Part shown: positions 36,970 through 49,520 of the stretch, piece by piece | Numbering within the stretch: position 1 is the first letter of the stretch | Layout of the letters: every line of letters begins with the position of its first letter | From: Curvularia clavata | Taxonomy: Eukaryota | Direction: 5' to 3' | Assembly (NCBI GenBank): GCA_023920165.1 | Contig: CP089277.1 | Span: forward strand, 2,666,001 to 2,730,000 | DNA: 64,000 nt | Notes under the pieces: model-generated | Database searches by the model: none | What the model was told of the DNA's origin: nothing | The model's input: only the letters and a program-made list of their open reading frames with translations | Made by a program: the position numbers and the translations under genes

Positions 36970-39377
36970 CTACTCGAACCCCTCCTCCTTCGCATCCACC
37001 TCCCCCTTCGACCTCTCAAGCGTCGGACTCAACGGCGCCAAATCACCCAGCGGCGGCGCCTTTGCCCCTATCAAGCTCTTCCTATGTAACCTCGGACTCT
37101 TATCCAGCGTCTCCGCCACCTCCTCCACCTCTGGACTCTGCACGCGACGACCGCCATGCTCGTCATCACCACCATGCCCATCATCGCCGAACCCCTGGTT
37201 CGTAAGCCTCAAGCCCAGAATCTGCTGCCGCAGCTCATCCACAAAGCGCTGCATATCCTCAAACGGCAGGCTGACGACGGCTCCATCCGGATTCTCAGCC
37301 GTGGTATTGTACAGTCTGAGCGCTGAGTCGAGAGCGCGCTCCGCCTGCTGAGATTTCTCAAGACGGTACCAGGTTTCTGCCGCAAGGACGGACCAGAGGG
37401 CTGCTTTGCGGCGGCGGGAACCCAGCTTGTAGGTTCCGAGGCCGGTGCGGATGGCGTAGCAGGCGGAGATGCGTTCGGTGATGAGGGCGTGGCCGACGGA
37501 GCCGACAAGACTAGAGTCCAGAATGCGAGTTGCCCAGCGGGCGGCGTCGTCTGCGGCGGAGGAGCCACGCAGGCGGAGGAGCTCGAAGGAGAGGGCGAGA
37601 GTGCGCAGAGCATAGTACGGTGCTGCACTGCGTTGGCGGTCCGTGTACGAGTAGGATGCGGCTTCAATCCAGGCGTCGATGTTTTCAGCGCGTGATTTGG
37701 CAGACAGAGGTGTGGGTGACATGAGGGCGGAGAGAGCGGCCATTTCTGCTGCGCCGGCGTAGTGTCGCCACGCTTTGTCGTTTTGGAAATCCGTACGCAG
37801 AATGTCGTAGGTGCTGAGTGCTAGCTTCCAGTCTCGAAGCATGAAGCAGTAGTCTGCTAGGCGGCGCATGATGGCTTCAGGGGCATCTGGGCGATAGAAG
37901 CCTTGCAGGCTGTCGTAGTTTGAGTTTCCTGATACTGTGGACGAGGAGCCGCTCGTGCGTGAGCCGCCAAATGGTGTCCAGCGTTTGGAGAGCGACATGA
38001 AGCGGCCGGAGAGTCCTCGCCGTCGAGATAGGATTTGCTCGTTCCACGTGGCGACGCTGCGCTCCATGTTGGGTATTATCGACTGTGTAACCAACTCGCG
38101 GATAAACGTGCGCAGGCTACTGATATCAGACTCTGGGAAGTAGGGCGTTGGATCTGTGATGTCGTCTGTCGTTTCTGCAAAAGAAAAGCTGTCAGTACAT
38201 GATGACAACCAGTCGTGATAATTATCATAGGCCTACCTCTTCTTTGGATCTCTGCCAGCTCCTCCGAAGCAGACATCCACTCGCACGTCGGTAGGCGCAC
38301 GCTATCGTCATCTGACGCTATGCATTGTTGGCTCTTGAGTCGTAGCAAATGGCAGTGTAGTCCAAAGTGTCGCTTCATTGAATCAAACGTCTGGTTCGAC
38401 TTGGCAATGTCTCCCGTCTCTTCGTCATGTATTAGAACGTAATAGCGTAAAAAGTCGTTTTCTACCCATTGCGGGAAGCGAAGGTCTCCATCGTGCTGGC
38501 GATTGTACAGTCTCCGTAGCTCTTCTATCGGATGTGGGTTGCGCGAGCTGATTGCTATTATGCCGGCTACGGGGTGCGAGAAGGTCTCATGCGGTACCAC
38601 TGGCAGTCCTGAAAGTAGTCGCCGCAGATATAGTGTGTAAAAAGGCGATGAGGTGCTATCTATTGGTGGCCCTGGCGGCTCACCCTGGTTCATGTAATCG
38701 GACACAGCATCTTGCCTGTTGAACTCGGAGTACTGCAGATGGCGATCCACCAGCTCTTCAATCTGTGAAACATCGCCTCCTGAGCGCCTTGGATGCCGCG
38801 TGGCGCCTACAGGTGTTCTCGGCTTGCCTGTCTGGACATGCAGATCCGGATATGCGTCCTCAACACCAATAAAGCGTACACCAAAGTCCTCCCAGCTCTT
38901 GCTTGCCCCATTGCTATCTCTTATAGTCACCTTTCCTGGGACTGCCTCGCCAAATGGGCGTAACAGCTGTAGGAGGCCTCCTTCAAGCCCCTTTGCCCGC
39001 ATCAACTCCTCCGTCTGCGCATCCGCAAGGACAGCGACACATGGCACAAAGGCCCGTTTGATCAGTGTCCGATATTCATCTGATACACCCGGCGGCAGGC
39101 TACTTGGCGTACCTGTACCACTCAGCCGCGACCCTGGGGAGAAGACAGAGCCCTGAGGATGTGTCTGGGTGGGGGTTGCGGTGCCTGAATTAGGGCGCGA
39201 CGTGGATATGGTGGTTGTCGACTCAAAGAGCTTGGACAGGCTGGGGTTGGAGCGGCGGTAGGGGAGGCTCGAGAGAGAGGATGCAGGCGACGCGCGGTGC
39301 TTGGGCAATATCATGGATGCCTCCAAGTCGGCTGGGTACTTTGGGGGTTTGGGCGTGGCATCCTGAGGCGGCGTCAT
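36970..39377 (-). CDS. TRS85: TRAPP III subunit Trs85/TRAPPC8
   Basis: LLRPFGE, PHETFSHPV, LRYYVLIHDE, MKRHFGLHCHLLRL, FIRELVTQSIIP.MER and RRLADYCFMLRDW. Intron at 38175-38236. Confidence 0.9.
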
Positions 39378-39755
39378 GGGAGGCTAGGGCAATGCGCCCG
39401 CGGGGTTCTGAATGCACACGGGGCTTCTGAGGCTGCCGGCATGTATCCTGATTGTCGTCTACCGGGCTTGAGCGACGACGAGTCGTTAGTGGCCGAATTC
39501 GCTTTCTGGTTGGCAGCGGCGCGTGTGACGACGTTGAGTTGAGTGACGCTGCATCGCCGTTGCGGCCGCTGCGCTTTCTGACTGGACGAAAGGCGGCATC
39601 TCCAGAAACCCTTGCATGTGTACCTCCACACAGCACGGCGACTCTCTGCACCCATTGCCAGCTTGTTTCTAATCCTCTTGTGCTGTTCCGCTCTTCTTGT
39701 CGCTCCTTACTGTGCTCGCAGGCCACGGACTATCCATCCATTCTGACTCACATGG

Positions 39756-42700
39756 ATGTCGCTGATAAGTCGAGCCTTCCGCATCGCTCCACCAACCTTT
39801 TCTCTGCTCTACAAACGTGACTTTTACCTATCACCTGCACGCCTTCCCTTTACAGGACACTCCACTCTCAGAGCTCTACATTTCCCTACCACTTCATCAC
39901 CTCGTATGTCCAGAGCAAGCCCCTCACCTGAACTGCAACCGCCGAGCCCAAAACGACGCAAAATCGGTGCGCCATCACCACAGTTCATTCAGCCTTACGG
40001 AGCCATGGCTTCTACAGGAGATACAAAGTCACCGCAGCTGGAGTTGACAGAGGTCGAATCCAAGCTACGACAGCTGCTACTTGACGTAGCCACCTACATT
40101 GACGAAACACCGTCAAATGGAGACGTTAGTGCCGTACAGGTACCACCCGAACTGGCCAAAGAAAAAATTGTCCTACGTTGGACAGGAGGGTGGGTGCGTG
40201 ACAAGCTGCTGAAAGTCGGCAGCCACGACATCGATGTGGCCATCAACAAGATGACCGGAGAGCACTTTGGCTTGAAGATGCAAGAGTACCTTGAGATTCC
40301 AGGAAACGCAGAAAAGCATGGTCTCATCGACAAGAGCGAAGGGCTGAGTGCTCGCGACAAGACAAAGAAGATTGCACCAGGTTTGCATAAGATTGAGGCG
40401 AACCCCGAAAAGTCAAAGAACTTGGAGACAGCTACGACAAAAATCATGGGCATTGACCTGGATCTTGTCAACCTCCGAAAAGAAACCTACAACGAAGTCT
40501 CTCGCAATCCCCAAATGGAGTTTGGCACAGCGGAAGAAGACGCCATGCGCCGTGATGCTACCGTAAATGCCATGTTCTTTAACCTGCATACCTGTCAAGT
40601 TGAAGATTTTACAGGGCGCGGGCATGATGACATGGCTGCTAAGATTATCCGAACGCCTCTGGAACCCTACCAGACATTCAAAGACGATCCACTGCGAGTA
40701 CTGCGATTAATTCGCTTTGCCAGCCGTCTAGATTACACCATTGAGCCTGAGACGGCAAAAGCCATGGGCAATCCGGAGATTCAAGACGTCTTAAAAATCA
40801 AAATCAGTCGAGAACGTGTCGGCATTGAGCTCGAGAAGATGCTAAAGGGCCCCAGGCCTCGGATGGCCCTGGAGCTCATCGACCGGTTCGGCCTGTATCG
40901 TACTGTCTTTACAGATCCCACACGAGAGTTACCCGCAGAGCCTGAAACGGGTTACTTCAAGCCAGCATATGAGGTAGTCGAGTCAGTAGTGACCAAAAGC
41001 GACGATGTACCTACTGTTGTCCCGGATACACTTCTGAGGAACGACGATGACAAGTACCTTGCCTGGATTTGCGCTACCATGATGCCATGGGCTGATGCGC
41101 CCACTGTTCCTCATCAGAAGCCCTTGCAGCGGCCGTACTTTGTTGGTTACCTTGTCGCCAGAGAGGGTTTCAAAGCCCCGAACAAGGTTTGCGACGTCAT
41201 TACTTCTTCACTGAGCAACGGTGAGGAGATCCGTAACCTTGTCGCTCAGTGCGTCAAGGGGCTCCGACGGCCTGACACTATCAATCCAAACAACAATCCC
41301 ACTGCCAGAGACACTCTGGGCATGGCTATCCGCCGTTGGGGATCTACTTGGCGGACGCAGGTTCTCTTCAACCTTGTTTATGAGATTGTGCTCGGACGGG
41401 TGTCAAAAACTGGTAGGTCACTCTATTTCAACTTTTCAATTTACATCTTGCTGACCAGAATCAGACCTGTTCCGCTCGTATGCCAGCTTCCTTAGCCGCG
41501 TCACCGAACTTGATCTCCTTGAGGTCGACACTTTCAGGCCACTTATCAAAGGAACTGATCTTGCCAAGGCTCTCAACACCAAACCTGGGCCATGGATGAA
41601 GGAGGCGCTGGATGTCGTCATGGCCTGGCAGTTGCGCAACCCCGACAACACTGATACGGCGGGCGCCATCAAGGCGGTCGAGGCTTCGAGAAGCGAACAG
41701 AACGAAAGTGAGCTTCCCCTTCGCCTGGCTTCACACTTTCTCCAGCTTACCATCCCACCTTTCTTTCCGCAGAATAAACCTACATCGAATGCATTGGAAG
41801 CATCGCGGCAACCAGCCCCATGGAAAGACGCCGGGAACCAGTACGTGCTCGACCTCTTGGCATGGTCGATTCGTGTGTTGGACAGGAAAACAGTGGAGGA
41901 CAAGTGGCGGTTTTTGATGCCTCCGGTCCTTAGGATGATGGACGACATCAATGTGGAATGGAAGGCAAAAGGCTGTCACATGCTCGGTCTGTTGCTGGAT
42001 GTTCTAAGGCAACCGCTCAGCACAGGTAGTTCACAAAAGGCTGCTGTGCAAAAGTCAACCCCCACAAGCTTCCTTCTGCGAAGTGGATATCACAACATTT
42101 TCGCGGAAGCCCTACTACCTATGTTCACCTACATTCCTTCGATTACACCGGAAAGGGAATCCGTGATTCTGTTTAGGGCGGTCTTCCCTGCCGTGATTTC
42201 GCTTGCCTTGCTCCTGCCCGAAGACAGCAGCAAAGGCGACAGTAAAGAGCTATTCTTAGACAGAGTCCTCCGAGAGGGTGTTCTGTCCCCTCTTGGACAT
42301 TTCACTACGCCCTCTATGTACCCTGAACTTGCTACGTTGATCATGTCACAGGTCCCTATTGTGGTGAACCACATGGGCATTGATACGGTCAAACATCTTC
42401 CAGACATTGTACCTCTGCTCTCAGCAATCCTACAGGAGCCATTTGCGCTCAGCCACCACAAACTAGTTGGTTCAGCTCTCGAGGCACTGCAGAGTGTGAT
42501 GCTTAACGCTTGGCCACGGATACCTGGTCACCGTGGTAGCATCATGATGGGCCTGTGCTTATTGTGGAGCCGGTGGTTAGAAGAAGAAAAGAAGTGTGGT
42601 AGCGAGCAAGTTGCACAAGTCAAGATGCAAGTCCAAGAAACGGTCGCGATGCTAGACGCCGTAATGCAGCGCGTGGACGAAGCGGGTATGGCGGAGACAT

Positions 42701-42804
42701 GGAAGACGGAAAAACAGGATTTGGTTGCAGCGGAGCCCGGATGTGAAGAAATGTTTGGTGGGTGTGCGGAGAATATGCCCTTGAACGAGACAGATGGTAG
42801 CTAG
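39756..42804 (+). CDS. CCA1: CCA tRNA nucleotidyltransferase fused in frame to a C-terminal Tti2-like helical domain (998 aa)
   Basis: Class II motifs GGWVRDKLL, DIDVA, DLVNLRKETY, EEDAMRRDATVNA, DDPLRVLRLIRFASR and ISRERVG.E. Intron 41413-41464 leads to the usual CCA tail KPGPWMKEALDVVMAWQLRNP. The frame then stays open about 365 more codons with a Tti2-like pattern. Confidence 0.88.
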
Positions 42805-44251
42805 AGGTGTCTGGCGGAAGCCCGGATCAAGACGAAAGAAAAATCGAGGTCCGCACGTGCATGGTTCGTGGGCACCACCAATGGGCAGCCCGGTCAGGTC
42901 GATGTGACAACATTGCTAGCTGCTTTTGCAATGGCAGGAGGTTGCAGGATGCAAAAGTTGGCAGTCATGGCAATGGCGTGCATCTGTCCAAGGTGGTTGC
43001 ATCACCAGACGAGGTCGAGCTTGGCAGTTGACGGCGGGGGTTTGTGGCGGTGCGGGGCGGCAGTGGGGGCTGGAAGCGCCAAGATATGGCACAGCAACAT
43101 CGATACGAGCGCTGAGTTGCGACATGCTTGGCTGTGTATTCTAGCTCGGAGCCCCTTCCCGAGTAAGCAGGCCAAAGTTATCCAGCTACCTCTATATATA
43201 TTTTGGCGCAGCACACGTGGGATCGTATCTGTAGGCGTGACGAAGCGCGAGGGTCGTGGCGGCGGGAGTGTGGCTGGTGGAGCGTGGCCGCACCAGCGGG
43301 CCGCCCACCCCACCCCTGACATGACGGCGTCTTGCTATTGGATGCTTGTGTCGACGGACGCGCGTCTTGTGTTGAATAAGACGGCATCCCGGACGAGCGT
43401 GATATCAGCATTACGCCTTTGGTTGGCGCATCCCGTAGTCCTGACAAGCTGCATATCCCGGCTCGAGCATGTCCTTCGTCCGAGCCTGACGGCGGCTTCA
43501 CTACGGTGACGACGTAGTGTAGTGGGTAGTGCTGCTACTGCGACGTTTCGACGGTTGCAGATGAAGGTCCATCTACCCTGGCGGAAATTTAACCCGCGCC
43601 ATGGGGTCTGGAAACTCGGGGCCAATGACAGAAAAGGGCGTTGGCGCATAGCTCCCCGTGTCTTTTAGTAAATATTATTGTAGTTATGGAACAGTGCACC
43701 TTGTGCCTCGCCAGTCAAAGGCTGTGTGCGTGCGTGGCGGTGCCTTGGGGGCGGCGGACTTGATGAGGCACGACGAGATGGTGTCGAGGCAGCGAGACAT
43801 GGGCTCTGCAACGGCGTATAGTCCCAAGAATAACAATAAAAGAAACACGGTGCTCCACGTCGAGCGCGCGTCTGCCGCATGCAGAGTCTCGACGTCAGGT
43901 CGACCAACGAGGCAACTCACCAAGCTTGGACCCAGCCTTGTCAAGCCGGTTACTGGATTGCGCCGGCGCCCACCCCCCTTGACATGGCATAGTGCCCTCA
44001 ATTCATCCCGCTGCGCCTACACCAATTCCTCCCGCACCTCCTTGTCCTCCTCCTCTGCTGCTGTCGCTGCCGCTGTCGCCGCTGCTGCTACCGCGACCTC
44101 ACATGTGCTCTGCGCCAGCTGCAACGACGCTCTACCCCGATCCTTTGCGGCATTCTTCGACGGTTCCTCCCGCGCAGCGAGGCAACCTGCCGCCAATCCT
44201 CTGAGTTCGCGCCGGGATTCAGTGCTCGGTATCGCGAACTGTTGTAAGACC

Positions 44252-45177
44252 ATGGCCAGAGCTTACGTCGCGTTGCTCAACTCCACATCCTCGACGACGA
44301 CGACGTGTCTTGTCAGCTCCAACCAGGACGTCACCACAATACCCGCAACTCCCTCGCCGCCTCCGCCCAAGCCCTACAACTCCGCCGCCCGCTCGACGGG
44401 CGCCTTCGTCTACGCAAAGGCCAAAGATTCGGCTGCATACCGCTTCGCAAGGCTGCCCATGCCTCTCGAGTTTTCCATTTCGTCGCGAGCGCATTGGCTC
44501 AGCCGGGTCCGCTCATGTCTCCGCCTGCTCATCATCGTCCTGAGCGGCGTCGTCGTGTGCATGTTGATGCACACTTTCGAGATATATCGGGGCAATCGCT
44601 ACATCGACCTGCGCAAGGGAGAACTGCCCATGGTCTGGCCTGCCCACACAAACCTCGCTCCTAGCATCGCCCTCTTCTGCATTGCCGCCCTAAACTTTCT
44701 CGCCTCGGTCGCCATCCTCACCCTGTCCTTCAAACGCTCCTTCCGCCGACCCTTTCGCTCACGAGACGTCTACCGTGTCGTCGCTGGCAGCTTCGGCGTC
44801 ATCACCTGGATCACGGCGCTGGTCGTCTTCTACCTGCTCAACAAGGCGAGCAAGGCTAGCTTGGGCCGATACTCGTGCACAAACAAGAACTTGTTGACCA
44901 ATGGGAGGTACCAGTACCGCGCCGTCTGCGAGGAGCAGGTAACATTACCCTCTTGTCTAGCCCTGCATACCGCCTTTGCTAACCCACCATCCAGGGAGTT
45001 GCATTCTACACCGCCATTGGCGCCGCTTGCGCCGAGATTCTCACCCTCATCACCCTCGCCATCTCTGCGGCCCTTTCAGCGAAGAACAACCATAATCCAC
45101 CTCCAATGATCCAGATTCGCGAGAAGAACAACTCCATCAGCTCTGGCTCAAAGTTTCAGAGGCCGTTAAAACGGTAA
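44252..45177 (+). CDS. Four-TM MARVEL-like membrane protein
   Basis: ATG at 44252 (ACCATGG). Hydrophobic helices LRLLIIVLSGVVVCMLM, IALFCIAALNFLASVAIL and VVAGSFGVITWITALVVF; a fourth follows intron 44939-44994. Paired Cys in the last loop. Confidence 0.7.
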
Positions 45178-45876
45178 CACTTGACAAACAAAAATCAACA
45201 ATGCTGTTACACCGTTCTTCGTTGTTCACCCAACGCTCCTTTTCCTTGCGACGTCGCTGCATGATACCCCCCGGACATCCTTGTTTAGCGACAACAAAAT
45301 TTGGCTTTCCAATGGCGTTTATCTGGTTTTCCTTTGTTCAGGGCTCCCTAGCATACCATCATGACCATGTTTTTTTTCCTCAGCGCACGCTTCTTTTCCA
45401 TCTGTTCACCTTGCATCGCATGGCGGCATCAGCATATCTTTGGAGTCTTTTGCGGTCCCGACCGTTTTTTTTGTATATTGGCATTTTCCAGCCAAACAAC
45501 ATCGCACACTATTATGCAAGATTAAGCCAGCCCGAAGAAGAAGGGCCTATACTAATCCAGAATGAGCTGTCATCACCTTTTTTTTCTGGATTGCAGCCTA
45601 GATATAGTCCTTTTAATTGGAGCAAATAGAACATGTAGCCTTCTTTAAGCTGGCTACACAGCCAGTACGAAAACAGAATAAACAATTGTAAAGAAGAAAC
45701 CCTGATCAATGCTCATGTCGGAGTAAATGATGTTTGTCCGTGTCCGGATGAGTTCATGTGGCTAGTGATCTGGAACTTGGAGTTTGCGCTAGTGGTGATC
45801 CCTGCTAAGGCCCGCCGAAATTCAGATGCATGCTCCAACTTTTACTTTTCGAAGCCAACGCGACAGAACATGAGCC

Positions 45877-48800
45877 ATGGGGAAGAGGACTGCTTACGAC
45901 GCCCATGCCAGGGGCACTAACGGTGATCGCGAGAACAAGCGCCAGAAAATCGACACAAACTATGAGCGCAATTCACCGCGGCCAAGTGGCAGCGTCGAAG
46001 AAGTCACTTCTGCGCGCGACCTACAGAATGCGTTATTCTTCGACCAGAGCTCGCAGAGCAATTTTCGAAGCGGTAGGCACAACGTCAAGTCCTATATAGG
46101 AATAGACACTCACCCGACTAGGCCTGAGCTTGTTCAAGCGTTTCCTCGATTCTATCCTCTATCCAACCGAAGAACACGATCTGCCCCGCAAACGAGCCAT
46201 CCTGCGCGAGTATCTGGACACACAAAAGGGAAAAGGGAGGGACGAAAAAGACAAGGCCTTTCTGCAGAATCTCACCCAAGCATGGGACTATGCCGTCGAG
46301 ACCAATAATAGCGCCATCGTTTCGCAGGTCACAGCGGTGCTGGCGCTTTTGTTCAAGGTTTTTGCTAGCCACGGCGATTTCCTAGAATACGGCACGCTTT
46401 TGGCAAAAACACTCTTGCAGCCGTCCATCGCTCGCCGTTTCGTGCGCAGTACATCGGCTGCATCTAAAGAAGAGAACGTCATTGCGCCTGCGCTCCGCCT
46501 GCTTAACGAACTTACCAAGTTTAATGAAGGCGCACATGCGAGGGCCGTATATGCGAAAAGAGATTTTACGTTGGAGCCAAAGATATTGGGGAGGAACATC
46601 AACCTCACCAGGGAGCAATCAGCGGCCGACCACGCCAAGAAACCAAGCATCCGGACCACAGCAGTCAGATACCTCCTGACGCACTTGCGATACCAGGATG
46701 AACGCGCGAAGAGCGAGATTCTATCGAACACCAATGTTGTCCGGACCGTGTTTGACCATATCCGTACAGATCCACCATTTTTGATCTATGAAATACTGGA
46801 TGTCTTTCGAAGCCATGTGTTTCAGGATAAGGCCATCCCGCGACACACCAAGAGCAAGATTTTGAACGGAAAGACGCTGTCACGGATAGCAAGCTTGTAC
46901 AGCTATGAACCAGAAGAGGGATCGGTTGCTGAAGGGCACAAGGCGCCTGACCAGCTTGCGCACGATTTCTTGCGTCTAGTATGCACAGATCCTGCGTATG
47001 GTGTTATGCTGCCTACACAGGGCTTTTACCCATCTTCATTTGACGATGACGAGGGCGAGCAGGACGATGGCGCCGACTACAGCAACGAGTTGGGCTTGGA
47101 CTCAGTCGACAGCTTGAGCAAGATCTCAAGAGTGCGCAACGTTATCCTGTCTGAATTCATCCAAAGCCAACGGCCATATGCGAACACCCTACACCAGGAG
47201 CTTGTTGTGGACATATTCCGAGCTTGTCCTGAGCTGATTGCAGACTATTTCATCAAACGACGTGACTTTAGCTACGACCCCAAGCTCACATCGACGTGGA
47301 TAGGGTATTCTGCGTTCATGTACCAAACCATCCAGCTGCCGGTCCCGAGATACTTTGGCGCAAAGAAGAACTATCGCGACCATCCTCCCCCTGTGCCGGT
47401 GCTGATGAACAGCATCTTGCCCCAGCCTTTGAACCAGCAAGTATTGACCAAGTGTTTAAATCATAGCTCGGACCTTGTACAGTTTTTTGCGATCCGTGTT
47501 TTGATTGTGGCACTTCAAAAGCTGCGAGGCATCCTACAAGAACTCGGCAATGCCAGTGCTGTAAAGTCATCTAAGCAATGGGAGCAGGCGTCCAAGCGGT
47601 TGATATCAGAAGTTAGTCGACGTTGTCCAGCCATACGAACAGTGTTTTTGGCGCTCAAGAAGCCGGGTCTTAAGGACATGAAGCGAGAGTCGATCACAAG
47701 GCTACTGCGGCTTTACTATGAAGTCACACCCCAAGTTGCGCTTCAAGAGAAGTTTGATGTTTCGCTTCCCCTCTGCAATGCATTGGTGGAGGCTGAGAAG
47801 TCCGCTGCATCGCCTGAGGATAAGGTGTTTCGTATCATGGAACTGGAACATTGGATACAGATGGCGAGGCTGTCGCCCGCGATGCGCTGGTGGCAGAAGC
47901 AGAGTAAGTCTTCATATAACTTGCAACACACTCTCATGCTTTGTAGTAACCGCCGCAGAAACTCTTTCATACTCACCGTTTGTCACACTCCTGAGACTGC
48001 TAGTGACCTCAAAGGAGAGCGAGCTCTATGCAGGAATACGGTCTCTGCTGAGTGACATCTTGCAAGATCAGGAAATGCTGCAAACCAAGACTTCACCCGA
48101 CGCGCTCGACGCGCTCATTGCCAGTCTGGGATCGACGCCTGGATCAAGTACGCCCTCGGCCGAAGTTCTTGAGTTCCTGGATGATTGCCTTGCGCGCTTC
48201 ACAAAGGTGCCTATCAAGTACTTTGATGATTTGGATACCATGTGCACGCGAATTGGACAGTCTGCAAGCGAGGTGGGGCCGTTTAGCAACCTGTTGATGA
48301 CTCTCGTGGAGCAATGGCCGTTCAAGGGAGGTCAGGCAGCGACGAATCAGACGGCCGATGCACTTGCACAGTGGTTGTCGAGACTCCTCTATCTTCTCAA
48401 GCTCATTGGCGAAGACGAGAAGATGTTGGGCCATGTACGCGACGCCCTAGTTGAATCGGCCAACACAGTGTACAAGGAAGTGCTCAGAGATGCTTTCCTG
48501 TGGAAGATGGGCAAGGAAAAGGCCAAGGAATCGTTGAAGCTGGCGACGGGCGCAGACTTTAGTGGTTCGGAACGATCGTCGACATCACCTGTGCCAGTAT
48601 CAGCACGAGCGCAGGAAGCTGAACAGCAAAGTAGGACAAGGTTTGCGGTCGATCTAGAAGCACCGCCCGCCGAAGACGAAAAGCATGCCGGTCTGACACG
48701 CTGGAGGAAGAAGGAGCTAGGAGAGGCGGTTGAAGACGGAGATATTGGGGAGCTAATACTGTGTCTCTGCTCAGAACACGGTGAAATCCGCAAACAGGCG

Positions 48801-49520
48801 ATTAACAACATCCGGCAACTTACAGCAACAATGAAGTTCAGCAACCAAGGGGAGAATAAGTCTGGAGGGGATGCTGGAAGCAGCATAGAGTTTGATCTTC
48901 AGCAACTCTATCTCCTCCTTGGTGAGCTCTTGGAGTCTATCGATGCCTCTGGCGCAGAAGCTTTTCCTTATGTTGGTGGCGTGCTGGCCGCGCGTTGTAC
49001 ATTGATTCTGGCCGATCCGACTCACTCGCTGTTCAGCACAGTCAACAAATTTCTGACTGCCTCGCCCGCGTGGGACGTCAGCTCTCTTCTGCGGTTCTTC
49101 TGGCACCGTATCGTAGCGAGCCAGCCAGACGACGACACGACCTACCACAAAGAAGTAGACTGGTACTTGGACTACCTGATGGACAGTCTGCGAACACCAG
49201 CGGACATGGAGCTGTTCAGGAGGAGCAACATATTCGAGCAACTGCTGAGCCATTATGGGTCTCGGTCATGTTCGGCGTCAGCCAAGGACAAGATTGTCAA
49301 GATCCTCTTGCGAGCGACACACGTGGGGGGAAGCACAACGCTCATCACGCGATGCGGTCTGGTTACTTGGATCCAGATGATGCTCGACGGCCATGATGCG
49401 CGACAGAGTTCACTGAGGGTGTTGGCTGCACGTGTCTATGAGACATGCGACCAAGACAAGGTAGCAGCCTGGAGTAGCGATAGTCTGGGGCAGACCATTG
49501 CCGGTCTTGCTAAAGCCTGA
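45877..49520 (+). CDS. URB1: Nucleolar pre-60S factor Urb1/Npa1
   Basis: Long helical protein with DPPFLI..IL, CPELIADYF, YDPKLTSTWIGYS, SILPQPL....LTKCL and GGSTTLITRCG...W. Introns at 46073-46121 and 47904-47958. Confidence 0.88.

Noticed and set aside
41413..41495. 579-aa CCA ORF ending at 41495 and a separate 402-aa gene from 41596
   Set aside because: A canonical intron (GTAGGT...GCTGAC...CAG) joins them, and the conserved CCA tail spans the Met at 41596.
43658..44251. About 200-codon in-frame extension upstream of the MARVEL-like gene
   Set aside because: It looks like GC-rich, low-complexity leader sequence with no protein-like features; ATG 44252 has the better context. Not fully excluded.
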